A DNA stretch of 64,000 nt from Balanoglossus misakiensis. Its lineage: Eukaryota > Animalia > Hemichordata. The notes below the pieces were generated by a model. It was not told where the DNA came from, made no database searches, and worked only from the letters and a program-made list of their open reading frames with translations. A program made the position numbers and the translations under genes. Each line of letters begins with the position of its first letter. Positions within the stretch are counted from its first letter, which is position 1. Location of the stretch: positions 668,281 through 732,280 of the forward strand of contig CM082584.2 in the NCBI GenBank assembly GCA_040954595.2. Direction: 5' to 3'. This document shows positions 11,035 to 25,026 of this stretch, piece after piece.

Positions 11035-14000
11035 GTTAACGTTGATCAAGTCAGATTTCCTACGGCATGGCTTGGCTAAAGCCCTGGCACTCTAGAGCAG
11101 AAACACGCGTACAGAGACCACGTTGATCTACTCACATTTCCTTCGGCCTGGCACGGCTGATGCCCCGGCACTATATATAGGACACAGACTGGCGTAAGTT
11201 AACAACGGTAATCACGTCGGGTTTCCTAAGGCCTGGCTCAGCTGAAGCCCCGGCACTTTAGAGCGGAAACACGCGTACATTGACCACGATGATCAAGTCA
11301 GATCTCCTACGGCCTGGCTCGACTAAAACCCCGGCACACCATGACAGACACTAGCGTTCGTTAGCAACGGTGATCAAGTCGGATTTCCTTCTGCCTGGCT
11401 CTGCAAAAGACCCGACACTCTAGTACAAAGACGTTGGCTAAGTCGGGCAAACCGAAGAGGGAAAGTCACAGCGGGTCAACACTCGACATTTGTTCGGGTA
11501 GGACTGCATTATTTTAAAACGACGTTAGTTGGGGGCACGGCCTGCAGTACTGCCGGGTAAGCTGACATCGGCTTACCGCATATAATGAAGGGGTGGGGGG
11601 AACAGAACGGTTCAATACTACATTTATTAGATATCAGCTAATTTTGGACAATCATCTAAAATCTAAATCATTTTTTCATATTTGGATATCTGATGATGTA
11701 TGAAATTTCTATTATATGTAAAAATGGTGCTGATTATAAAAAATGCACTATGAATGAGCTGATTTAATACAAAATTGCGTTTTATTCATTTTTGCACCAA
11801 AAAGGTCATTTTTAGGCAAAACATTCTTTATTTTTTTAATTCGGTGACCTGATCATATATAAACAATTGCTTGTATGTTAAAAGTTTTTATGACTTTTAA
11901 AAGCCGTGACACTGGCAGCATTCAACACGAAAATAACAATTTTAGCCACAATTTGGTCAAAATGGTAAATTTTTGAAAATTACAAAAAATACCTGTTTTC
12001 TACATTTTCGGAAATCTGATGGAGTATAGAATCCTCTTCGTGTGTATATATCGATACAAATTCCACAAAAAACGGCCAATTTGGCTCACTGCAGACAAAA
12101 TTGCGTTTTACCAAATTTTCCTTGAAAATGTCATTTTTAGAAAAAAAAATAAAAAAACCTTTGTTCTTCGAATTTGGTGCCCTGATCATATATGACATGT
12201 TGATTATATGTTAAAACTTTCGACCACTCCAAAAATGCAGAGATATTGACGGAATTCAAGAAAAAATTGCCATTTTGGCCATATTTTGACAAAAATGGTA
12301 AATTTTTAAAAAATCATAAAAAATTAACTCTTTTCTTCATTTTCGGAAATATTATGGAGCATGAAGTGTCGTTCTCATGTAAAAAGTGCTGCAAATTCCA
12401 GAAAAGGCGGTATAATTTGAATCACCCAAGACAAAATTACCATTTTCGACTTTTTTTCGAAAAATTGTCTTTTTTACAAAATAAATAAGAATAAATTCTT
12501 TTCTTAGTTTCAAACGGGTAGAGATACTTTCCACACGGGTTTTCTAACATTGAATTCCCATTCATCAACTCAGATTTCCTACAGCATAAGTCGGCTAAAA
12601 CCCTGACACTCTAGACCAGAAACAGTTGCACACTGGTAACGTTGAACAAGTCGATTTTTCTACGGCCTGGCTCCGCTAAATCTCCGTCACAATATGACAG
12701 ACACTAGCGTACGTTAGCAACGGTGATCAAGTCAGAATTTCTACGTCATGGCTTGGATAAAGCCCCGGCACTCTAGAGCAGAAACACGCGTACAGAGACC
12801 ACGTTGATCTACTCACATTTCCTTCGGCCTGGCACGGCTGATGCCCCGGCGCTATATATAGGACACAGACTGGCGTAAGTTAACAACGGTAATCACGTCG
12901 GGTTTCCTACGGCCTGGCTCAGCTGAAGCCCCGGCACTCTAGAGCAGAAACAGGCGTACATTGACCACGTTGATCAAGTAAGATTTCCTTTGGCGTGACT
13001 CCGCTGGTGCAACGGCTCTATATGACACAGACTGGCATAAGTTATCAACGGTGATTACGTCGGATTTCCTACGGCCGGGTTTAGCTGAAGCCCCGGCACT
13101 TTAGAGCGGAAACACGCGTACATTGACCACGATGATCAAGTCAGATCTCCTACGGCCTGGCTCGACTAAAACCCCGGCACACCATGACAGACACTAGCGT
13201 TCGTTAGCAACGGTGATCAAGTCGGATTTCCTTCGGCCTGGCTCTGCAAAAGACCCGACACTCTTGTACAAAGACGTTGGCTAAGTCGGGCAAACCGAAG
13301 AGGGAAAGTCACAGCGGGTCAACACTCGACATTTGTTCGGGTAGGACTGCATTATTGCCTGTCAATTTATAGAGAAAGCCCGAATTTAACCAGGGCGTTT
13401 CAAACACCGACGTTAGTTGGGGGCACGGCCTGCAGTACTGCCGGGTAAGCTGACATCGGCGTACCGCATATAATGTAGGGGGGGGGGGGGGGGGGGACAG
13501 AACGGTTCAATACTACATTTATTAGATATCAGCTAATTTTGGACAATCATCTAAAATCTAAATCATTTTTTCATATTTGGATATCTGATGATGTATGAAA
13601 TTTCCATTATATGTAAAAATGGTGCTGATTATAAAAAATGAACTCTGAATGAGCTGATTTAATACAAAATTGCGTTTTATTCGTTTTTGCACCAAAAAGG
13701 TCATTTTTAGTCAAAACATTCTTTATTTTTTTAATTCGGTGACCTGATCATATATAAACAATTGCTTGAATGTTAAAAGTTTTTATGACTTTTAAAAGCA
13801 GTGACACTGGCGGCATTCAACACGAAAATAAAAATTTTAGCCACAATTTGGTCAAAATGGTAAATTTTTGAAAATTACAAAAATACCTGTTTTCTACATT
13901 TTCGAAAATCTGATGGAGTATAGAATGCTCTTCGAATATATATATCGATACAAATTCCACAAAAACGGCCAATTTGGCTCACGGCAGACAGAATTGCGTT

Positions 14001-17000
14001 TTACCAAATTTTCCTTGAAAATGTCATTTTTAGAAGAAAAAAATAAAAAAACCTTTGTTCTTCGAATTTGGTGCCCTGATCATATATGACATGTTGATTA
14101 TATGTTAAAACTGTCGACCACTCCAAAAATGCAGAGATATTGACGGAATTCAAGAAAAAATAGCCATTTTGGCCATATTTTGACAAAAATGGTAAATTTT
14201 TAAAAAATCATAAAAAATTAACTCTTTTCTTCATTTTCGGAAATATTATGGAGCATGAAGTGTCGTTCTCTTGTAAAAAGTGCTGCAAATTCCAGAAAAG
14301 GCGGTATAATTTGAATCACCCAAGACAAAATTACCATTTTCGACTTATTTTCGAAAAATTGTCTTTTTTACAAAATAAATAAGAATAAATTCTTTTCTTA
14401 GTTTCAAACGGGTAGAGATACTTTCCACACGGGTTTTCTAACATTGAATTCCCGTTCATCAACTCAGATTTCCTACAGCATAAGTCGGCTAAAACCCTGA
14501 CACTCTAGAGCAGAAACAGTTGCACACTGGTAACGTTGAACAAGTCGATTTTTCTACGGCCTGGCTCGGCTAAATCTCCGTCACAATATGACAGACACTA
14601 GCGTACGTTAGCAACGGTGATCAAGTCAGATTTTCTACGGCATGGCTTGGATAAAGCCCCGGCACTCTAGAGCAGAAACACGCGTACAGAGACCACGTTG
14701 ATCAAGTCTGATCTCCTACGGCTTGGCTCGACTAAAACCCCGGCACACTATGACAGACACTAGCGTTCGTTAGCAACGTTGATCAAGTGAGATTTCCTAC
14801 GGCATGGCTTGGCTAAAGCCCTGGCACTCTAGAGCAGAAACACGCGTACAGAGACCACGTTGATCTACTCACATTTTCTTCGGCCTGGCACGGCTGATGC
14901 CCCGGCACTATATATGGGACACAGACTGGCGTAAGTTAACAACGGTAATCACGTCGGGTTTCCTACGGCCTGGCTCAGCTGAAGCCCGGCACTCTAGAGC
15001 AGAAACAGGCGTACATTGACCACGTTGATCAAGTCAGATTTCCTACGGCGTGACTCCGCTGGTGCACTGGCTCTATATGACACAGACTGGCGTAAGTTAT
15101 CAACGGTGATTACGTCGGATTTCCTACGGCCTGGGTTAGCTGAAGCCCCGGCACTATCGAGCGGAAACACGCGTACATTGACCACGATGATCAAGTCAGA
15201 TCTCCTACGGCCTGGCTCGACTAAAACCCCGGCACACCATGACAGACACTAGCGTTCGTTAGCAACGGTGATCAAGTCGGATTTCCTTCGGCCTGGCTCT
15301 GCAAAAGACCCGACACTCTAGTACAAAGACGTTGGCTAAGTCGGGCGAACCGAAGAGGGAAAGTCACAGCGGGTCAACACTCGACATTTGTTCGGGTAGG
15401 ACTGCATTATTGCCTGTCAATTTATAGAGAAAGCCCGAATTTAACCAGGGCGTTTCAAACACCGACGTTAGTTGGGGGCACGGCCTGCAGTACTGCCGGG
15501 TAAGCTGACATCGGCGTACCGCATATAATGTAGGGGGGGGGGGGGACAGAACGGTTCAATACTACATTTATTAGATATCAGCTAATTTTGGACAATCATC
15601 TAAAATCTAAATCATTTTTTCATATTTGGATATCTGATGATGTATGAAATTTCCATTATATGTAAAAATGGTGCTGATTATAAAAAATGCACTCTGAATG
15701 AGCTGATTTAATACAAAATTGCGTTTTATTCATTTTTGCACCAAAAAGGTCATTTTTAGGCAAAACATTCTTTATTTTTTTAATTCGGTGACCTGATCAT
15801 ATATAAACAATTGCTTGTATGTTAAAAGTTTTTATGACTTTTAAAAGCCGTGACACTGGCAGCATTCAACACGAAAATAACAATTTTAGCCACAATTTGG
15901 TCAAAATGGTAAATTTTTGAAAATTACAAAAAATACCTGTTTTCTACATTTTCGGAAATCTGATGGAGTATAGAATCCTCTTCGTGTGTATATATCGATA
16001 CAAATTCCACAAAAAACGGCCAATTTGGCTCACTGCAGACAAAATTGCGTTTTACCAAATTTTCCTTGAAAATGTCATTTTTAGAAAAAAAAATAAAAAA
16101 ACCTTTGTTCTTCGAATTTGGTGCCCTGATCATATATGACATGTTGATTATATGTTAAAACTTTCGACCACTCCAAAAATGCAGAGATATTGACGGAATT
16201 CAAGAAAAAATTGCCATTTTGGCCATATTTTGACAAAAATGGTAAATTTTTAAAAAATCATAAAAAATTAACTCTTTTCTTCATTTTCGGAAATATTATG
16301 GAGCATGAAGTGTCGTTCTCATGTAAAAAGTGCTGCAAATTCCAGAAAAGGCGGTATAATTTGAATCACCCAAGACAAAATTACCATTTTCGACTTTTTT
16401 TCGAAAAATTGTCTTTTTTACAAAATAAATAAGAATAAATTCTTTTCTTAGTTTCAAACGGGTAGAGATACTTTCCACACGGGTTTTCTAACATTGAATT
16501 CCCATTCATCAACTCAGATTTCCTACAGCATAAGTCGGCTAAAACCCTGACACTCTAGAGCAGAAACAGTTGCACACTGGTAACGTTGAACAAGTCGATT
16601 TTTCTACGGCCTGGCTCCGCTAAATCTCCGTCACAATATGACAGACACTAGCGTACGTTAGCAACGGTGATCAAGTCAGAATTTCTACGTCATGGCTTGG
16701 ATAAAGCCCCGGCACTCTAGAGCAGAAACACGCGTACAGAGACCACGTTGATCTACTCACATTTCCTTCGGCCTGGCACGGCTGATGCCCCGGCGCTATA
16801 TATAGGACACAGACTGGCGTAAGTTAACAACGGTAATCACGTCGGGTTTCCTACGGCCTGGCTCAGCTGAAGCCCCGGCACTCTAGAGCAGAAACAGGCG
16901 TACATTGACCACGTTGATCAAGTAAGATTTCCTTTGGCGTGACTCCGCTGGTGCACCGGCTCTATATGACACAGACTGGCATAAGTTATCAACGGTGATT

Positions 17001-20000
17001 ACGTCGGATTTCCTACGGCCGGGTTTAGCTGAAGCCCCGGCACTTTAGAGCGGAAACACGCGTACATTGACCACGATGATCAAGTCAGATCTCCTACGGC
17101 CTGGCTCGACTAAAACCCCGGCACACCATGACAGACACTAGCGTTCGTTAGCAACGGTGATCAAGTCGGATTTCCTTCGGCCTGGCTCTGCAAAAGACCC
17201 GACACTCTTGTACAAAGACGTTGGCTAAGTCGGGCAAACCGAAGAGGGAAAGTCACAGCGGGTCAACACTCGACATTTGTTCGGGTAGGACTGCATTATT
17301 GCCTGTCAATTTATAGAGAAAGCCCGAATTTAACCAGGGCGTTTCAAACACCGACGTTAGTTGGGGGCACGGCCTGCAGTACTGCCGGGTAAGCTGACAT
17401 CGGCGTACCGCATATAATGTAGGGGGGGGGGGGGACAGAACGGTTCAATACTACATTTATTAGATATCAGCTAATTTTGGACAATCATCTAAAATCTAAA
17501 TCATTTTTTCATATTTGGATATCTGATGATGTATGAAATTTCCATTATATGTAAAAATGGTGCTGATTATAAAAAATGAACTCTGAATGAGCTGATTTAA
17601 TACAAAATTGCGTTTTATTCGTTTTTGCACCAAAAAGGTCATTTTTAGTCAAAACATTCTTTATTTTTTTAATTCGGTGACCTGATCATATATAAACAAT
17701 TGCTTGAATGTTAAAAGTTTTTATGACTTTTAAAAGCAGTGACACTGGCGGCATTCAACACGAAAATAAAAATTTTAGCCACAATTTGGTCAAAATGGTA
17801 AATTTTTGAAAATTACAAAAATACCTGTTTTCTACATTTTCGAAAATCTGATGGAGTATAGAATGCTCTTCGAATATATATATCGATACAAATTCCACAA
17901 AAACGGCCAATTTGGCTCACGGCAGACAGAATTGCGTTTTACCAAATTTTCCTTGAAAATGTCATTTTTAGAAGAAAAAAATAAAAAAACCTTTGTTCTT
18001 CGAATTTGGTGCCCTGATCATATATGACATGTTGATTATATGTTAAAACTGTCGACCACTCCAAAAATGCAGAGATATTGACGGAATTCAAGAAAAAATA
18101 GCCATTTTGGCCATATTTTGACAAAAATGGTAAATTTTTAAAAAATCATAAAAAATTAACTCTTTTCTTCATTTTCGGAAATATTATGGAGCATGAAGTG
18201 TCGTTCTCTTGTAAAAAGTGCTGCAAATTCCAGAAAAGGCGGTATAATTTGAATCACCCAAGACAAAATTACCATTTTCGACTTATTTTCGAAAAATTGT
18301 CTTTTTTACAAAATAAATAAGAATAAATTCTTTTCTTAGTTTCAAACGGGTAGAGATACTTTCCACACGGGTTTTCTAACATTGAATTCCCGTTCATCAA
18401 CTCAGATTTCCTACAGCATAAGTCGGCTAAAACCCTGACACTCTAGAGCAGAAACAGTTGCACACTGGTAACGTTGAACAAGTCGATTTTTCTACGGCCT
18501 GGCTCGGCTAAATCTCCGTCACAATATGACAGACACTAGCGTACGTTAGCAACGGTGATCAAGTCAGATTTTCTACGGCATGGCTTGGATAAAGCCCCGG
18601 CACTCTAGAGCAGAAACACGCGTACAGAGACCACGTTGATCAAGTCTGATCTCCTACGGCTTGGCTCGACTAAAACCCCGGCACACTATGACAGACACTA
18701 GCGTTCGTTAGCAACGTTGATCAAGTGAGATTTCCTACGGCATGGCTTGGCTAAAGCCCTGGCACTCTAGAGCAGAAACACGCGTACAGAGACCACGTTG
18801 ATCTACTCACATTTTCTTCGGCCTGGCACGGCTGATGCCCCGGCACTATATATGGGACACAGACTGGCGTAAGTTAACAACGGTAATCACGTCGGGTTTC
18901 CTACGGCCTGGCTCAGCTGAAGCCCGGCACTCTAGAGCAGAAACAGGCGTACATTGACCACGTTGATCAAGTCAGATTTCCTACGGCGTGACTCCGCTGG
19001 TGCACTGGCTCTATATGACACAGACTGGCGTAAGTTATCAACGGTGATTACGTCGGATTTCCTACGGCCTGGGTTAGCTGAAGCCCCGGCACTTTCGAGC
19101 GGAAACACGCGTACATTGACCACGATGATCAAGTCAGATCTCCTACGGCCTGGCTCGACTAAAACCCCGGCACACCATGACAGACACTAGCGTTCGTTAG
19201 CAACGGTGATCAAGTCGGATTTCCTTCGGCCTGGCTCTGCAAAAGACCCGACACTCTAGTACAAAGACGTTGGCTAAGTCGGGCGAACCGAAGAGGGAAA
19301 GTCACAGCGGGTCAACACTCGACATTTGTTCGGGTAGGACTGCATTATTGCCTTTCAATTTATAGAGAAAGCCCGAATTTAACCAGGGCGTTTCAAACAC
19401 CGACGTTAGTTGGGGGCACGGCCTGCAGTACTGCCGGGTAAGCTGACATCGGCGTACCGCATATAATGTAGGGGGGGGGGGGGGACAGAACGGTTCAATA
19501 CTACATTTATTAGATATCAGCTAATTTTGGACAATCATCTAAAATCTAAATCATTTTTTCATATTTGGATATCTGATGATGTATGAAATTTCCATTATAT
19601 GTAAAAATGGTGCTGATTATAAAAAATGCACTCTGAATGAGCTGATTTAATAAGAAATTGCGTTTTATTCGTTTTTGCACCAAAAAGGTCATTTTTAGTC
19701 AAACTATTCTTTGTTTTTTTAATTCGGTGACCTGATCATATATAAACAATTGCTTGTATGTTAAAAGTTTTCATGACTTTTAAAAGCAGTGACACTGGCG
19801 GCATTCAACACGAAAATAACAATTTTAGCCACAATTTGGTCAAAATGGTAAATTTTTGAAAATTACAAAAAATACCTGTTTTCTACATTTTCGGAAATCT
19901 GATGGAGTATAGAATGCTCTTCGTATGTATATATCGATACAAATTCCACAAAAGACCGTCTAATTTGGCTCACTGCAGACAAAATTGCGTTTTACCAAAT

Positions 20001-23000
20001 TTTCCTTGAAAATGTCATTTTTAGAAAAGCAAATAAAAAAACCTTTGTTCTTCGAATTTGGTGCCCTGATCATATATGTCATGTTGATTGTATGTTAAAA
20101 TTTTCGACCACTCCAAAAATGCAGAGATATTGACGGAATTCAAGAAAAAATAGCCATTTTGGCCATATTTTGACAAAAATGGTAAATTTTTAAAAAATCA
20201 TAAAAAATTAACTCTTTTCTTCATTTTCGGAAATATTATGGAGCATGAAGTGTCGTTCTCTTGTAAAAAGTGCTGCAAATTTCAGAAAAGGCGGTATAAT
20301 TTGAATCACCCAAGACAAAATTACCATTTTCGACTTTTTTTCGAAAAATTGTCTTTTTTTACAAAATAAATAAGAATAAATTCTTTTCTTAGTTTCAAAC
20401 GGGTAAAGATACTTTCCACACGGGTTTTCTAACATTGAATTCCCGTTCATCAACTCAGATTTCCTACAGCATAAGTCGGCTAAAACCCTGACACTCTAGA
20501 GCAGAAACAGTTGCACACTGGTAACGTTGAACAAGTCGATTTTTCTACGGCCTGACTCGGCTAAATCTCCGTCACAATATGACAGACACTAGCGTACGTT
20601 AGCAACGGTGATCAAGTCAGATTTTCTACGGCATGGCTTGGATAAAGCCCCGGCACTCTAGAGCAGAAACACGCGTACAGAGACCACCTTGATCAAGAAT
20701 GATCTCCTACGGCTTGGCTCGACTAAAACCCCGGCACACTATGACAGACACTAGCGTTCGTTAGCAACGTTGATCAAGTGAGATTTCCTACGGCATGGCT
20801 TGGCTAAAGCCCTGGCACTCTAGAGCAGAAACACGCGTACAGAGACCACGTTGATCTACTCACATTTTCTTCGGCCTGGCACGGCTGATTCCCCGGCACT
20901 ATATATAGGACACAGACTGGCGTAAGTTAACAACGGTAATCACGTCGGGTTTCCTACGGCCTGGCTCAGCTGAAGCCCGGCACTCTAGAGCAGAAACAGG
21001 CGTACATTGACCACGTTGATCAAGTCAGATTTCCTACGGCGTGACTCCGCTGGTGCACCGGCTCTATATGACACAGACTGGCGTAAGTTATCAACGGTGA
21101 TTACGTCGGATTTCCTACGGCCTGGGTTAGCTGAAGCCCCGGCACTTTCGAGCGGAAACACGCGTACATTGACCACGATGATCAAGTCAGATCTCCTACG
21201 GCCTGGCTCGACTAAAACCCCGGCACACCATGACAGACACTAGCGTTCGTTAGCAACGGTGATCAAGTCGGATTTCCTTCGGCCTGGCTCTGCAAAAGAC
21301 CCGACACTCTAGTACAAAGACGTTGGCTAAGTCGGGCGAACCGAAGAGGGAAAGTCACAGCGGGTCAACACTCGACATTTGTTCGGGTAGGACTGCATTA
21401 TTGCCTGTCAATTTATAGAGAAAGCCCGAATTTAACCAGGGTGTTTCAAACACCGACGTTAGTTGGGGGCACGGCCTGCAGTACTGCCGGGTAAGCTGAC
21501 ATCGGCGTACCGAATATAATGTAGGAGGGGGGAACAGAACGGTTCAATACTACATTTATTAGATATCAGCTAATTTTGGACAATCATCTAAAATCTAAAT
21601 CATTTTTTCATATTTGGATATCTGATGATGTATGAAATTTCCATTATATGTAAAAATGGTGCTGATTATAAAAAATGCACTCTGAATGAGCTGATTTAAT
21701 AAGAAATTGCGTTTTATTCGTTTTTGCACCAAAAAGGTCATTTTTAGGCAAAACATTCTTTATTTTTTTTAATTCGGTAACCTGTTTATATATAAACAAT
21801 TGCTTGTATGTTAAAAGTTTTCATGACTTTTAAAAGCAGTGACACTGGCGGCATTCAACACGAAAATAACAATTTTAGCCACAATTTGGTCAAAATGGTA
21901 AATTTTTGAAAATTACAAAAAATACCTGTTTTCTACATTTTCGGAAATCTGATGGAGTATAGAATGCTCTTCGTATGTATATATCGATACAAATTCCACA
22001 AAAGACCGTCTAATTTGGCTCACTGCAGACAAAATTGCGTTTTACCAAATTTTCCTTGAAAATGTCATTTTTAGAAAAGCAAATAAAAAAACCTTTGTTC
22101 TTCGAATTTGGTGCCCTGATCATATATGACATGTTGATCGTATGTTAAAATTTTCGACCACTCCAAAAATGCAGAGATATTGACGGAATTCAAGAAAAAA
22201 TAGCCATTTTGGCCATATTTTGACAAAAATGGTAAATTTTTAAAAAATCATAAAAAATTAACTCTTTTCTTCATTTTCGGAAATATTATGGAGCATGAAG
22301 TGTCGTTCTCTTGTAAAAAGTGCTGCAAATTTCAGAAAAGGCGGTATAATTTGAATCACCCAAGACAAAATTACCATTTTCGACTTTTTTTCGAAAAATT
22401 GTCTTTTTTACAAAATAAATAAGAATAAATTCTTTTCTTAGTTTCAAACGGGTAGAGATACTTTCCACGCGGGTTTTCTAACATTGAATTCCCGTTCATC
22501 AACTCAGATTTCCTACAGCATAAGTCGGCTAAAACCCTGACACTCTAGAGCAGAAACAGTTGCACACTGGTAACGTTGAACAAGTCGATTTTTCTACGGC
22601 CTGGCTCGGCTAAATCTCCGTCACAATATGACAGACACTAGCGTACGTTAGCAACGGTGATCAAGTCAGATTTTCTACGGCATGGCTTGGATAAAACCCC
22701 GGCAATCTAGAGCAGAAACACGCGTACAGAGACCACGTTGATCAAGTCTGATCTCCTACGGCTTGGCTCGACTAAAACCCCGGCACACTATGACAGACAC
22801 TAGCGTTCATTAGCAACGTTGATCAAGTCAGATTTCCTACGGCATGGCTTGGCTAAAGCCCTGGCACTCTAGAGCAGAAACACGCGTACAGAGACCACGT
22901 TGATCTACTCACATTTCCTTCGGCCTGGCACGGCTGATGCCCCGGCACTATATATAGGACACAGACTAGCGTAAGTTAACAACGGTAATCACGTCGGGTT

Positions 23001-24988
23001 TCCTACGGCCTGGCTCAGCTGAAGTCCCGGCACTATAGGGCAGAAACAGGCGTACATTGACCACGTTGATCAAGTCAGATTTCCTACGGCGTGACTCGGC
23101 TGGTGCACCGGCTCTATATGACACAGACTGGCGTAAGTTATCAACGGTGATTACGTCGGATTTCCTACGGCCTGGTTTAGCTGAAGCCCCGGCTCTTTAG
23201 AGCGGAAACACGCGTACATTGACCACGATGATCAAGTCAGATCTCCTACGGCCTGGCTCGACTAAAACCCCGGCACACCATCACAGACACTAGCGTTCGT
23301 TAGCAACGGTGATCAAGTCGGATTTCCTTCGGCCTGGCTCTGCAAAAGACCCGACACTCTAGTACAAAGACGTTGGCTAAGTCGGGCAAACCGAAGAGGG
23401 AAAGTCACAGCGGGTCAACACTCGACATTTGTTCGGGTAGGACTGCATTATTGCCTATCAATTTATAGAAAAGCCCGAATTTAACCAGGGCGTTTCAAAC
23501 ACCGACGTTAGTTGGGGGCACGGCCTGCAGTACTGTCGGGTAAGCTGACATCGGCGTACCGCATATAATGTAGGGGGGGGGGGGGGACAGAACGGTTCAA
23601 TACTACATTTATTAGATATCAGCTAATTTTGGACAATCATCTAAAATCTAAATCATGTTTTCATATTTGGATATCTGATGATGTATGAAATTTCCATTAT
23701 ATGTAAAAATGGTGCTGATTATAAAAATGCACTCTTAATGATCTGATTTAATACAAAATTGCGTTTTATTCGTTTTTGCACTAAAAAGGTCATTTTTAGG
23801 AAAAATATTCTTTATTTTTTTAATTCGGTGACCTGATCATATATAAACAATTGCTTGTATGTTAAACATTTTTATGACTTTTAAAAGCAGTGACACTGGC
23901 GGCATTCAACACGAAAATAACAATTTTAGCCACAATTTGGTCAAAATGGTAAATTTTTGAAAATTACAAAAAATACCTGTTTTCTACAGTTTCGGAAATC
24001 TGATGGAGTATAGAATGCTCTTCGTATGTATATATCGATACAAATTCCACAAAAGACCGTCTTATTTGGCTCACTGCAGACAAAAATGCGTTTTACCGAA
24101 TTTTCCTTGAAAATGTCATTTTTAGAAAAAAAAAAAAAAAAACCTTTGTTCTTCGAATTTGGTGCCCTGATCATATATGACATGTTGATTGTATGTTAAA
24201 ACTTTCGACCACTCCAAAAATGCAGACATATTGACGGAATTCAAGAAAAAATAGCCATTTTGGCCATATTTTGACAAAAAATGGTAAATTTTTTTAAAAA
24301 ATCATAAAAAATTAACTCTTTTCTTCATTTTCGGAAATATTATGGAGCATGATGTGTCGTTCTTTTGTAAAAAGTGCTGCAAATTCCAGAAAAGGCGGTA
24401 TAATTTGAATCACCCAAGACAAAATTACCATTTTCGACTTTTTTTCGAAAAAAAATGTCTTTTTTACAAAATAAATAAGAATAAATTCTTTTATTAGTTT
24501 CAAACGGGTAGAGATACTTTCCACACGGGTTTTCTAACATTGAATTCCCGTTCATCAACTCAGATTTCCTACAGCATAAGTCGGCTAAAACTCTGACACT
24601 CTAGAGCAGAAACAGTTGCACACTGGTAACTTTGAACAAGTCGATTTTTCTACGGCCTGGCTCGGCTAAATCTCCGTCACAATATGACAGACACTAGCGT
24701 ACGTTAGCAACGGTGATCAAGTCAGATTTCCTACGGCCTGGTTTAGCTGAAGCCCTGGCACTGTAGAGCAGAAACACGCGTACAGAGACCACGTTGATCT
24801 ATTCACATTTCCTTCGGCCTGGCACAGCTGATGCCCCGGCACTATATATAGGACACAGACTGGCGTAAGTTAACAACGGTAATCACGTCGGGTTTCCTAC
24901 GGCCTGGCTCAGCTGAAGCCCCGGCACTCTAGAGCAGAAACAGGCGTACATTGACCACGTTGATCAAGTCAGATTTCCTACGGCGTGA
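11035..24988 (+). repeat. ~2.05-kb macrosatellite array, forward block 1 (~7 units)
   Basis: Poly-G landmark recurs at ~11590, 13478, 15533, 17421, 19470, 21522 and 23572 (spacing ~1.89 or ~2.05 kb). Each unit has 9-11 x 81-bp subrepeats, a ~0.25-kb unique segment and an AT-rich segment. Confidence 0.97.
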
Positions 24989-25026
24989 TTTAAATTACGA
25001 ATTCCAGATATGCTATTACTAATTAA

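Noticed and set aside
11685-11710. Hammerhead-like CTGATGA..GAAA in the AT-rich segment
   Set aside because: Only 5 nt separate the motifs with no stem II, flanking stems are absent, and paralogous monomers do not conserve the core.
14451-15340. 81-bp subrepeats as a CRISPR-like array or as a 27-aa (LRR-like) coding repeat
   Set aside because: There are no unique spacers and no cas genes. In-frame TAG occurs in many copies and an 85-bp copy breaks the frame.
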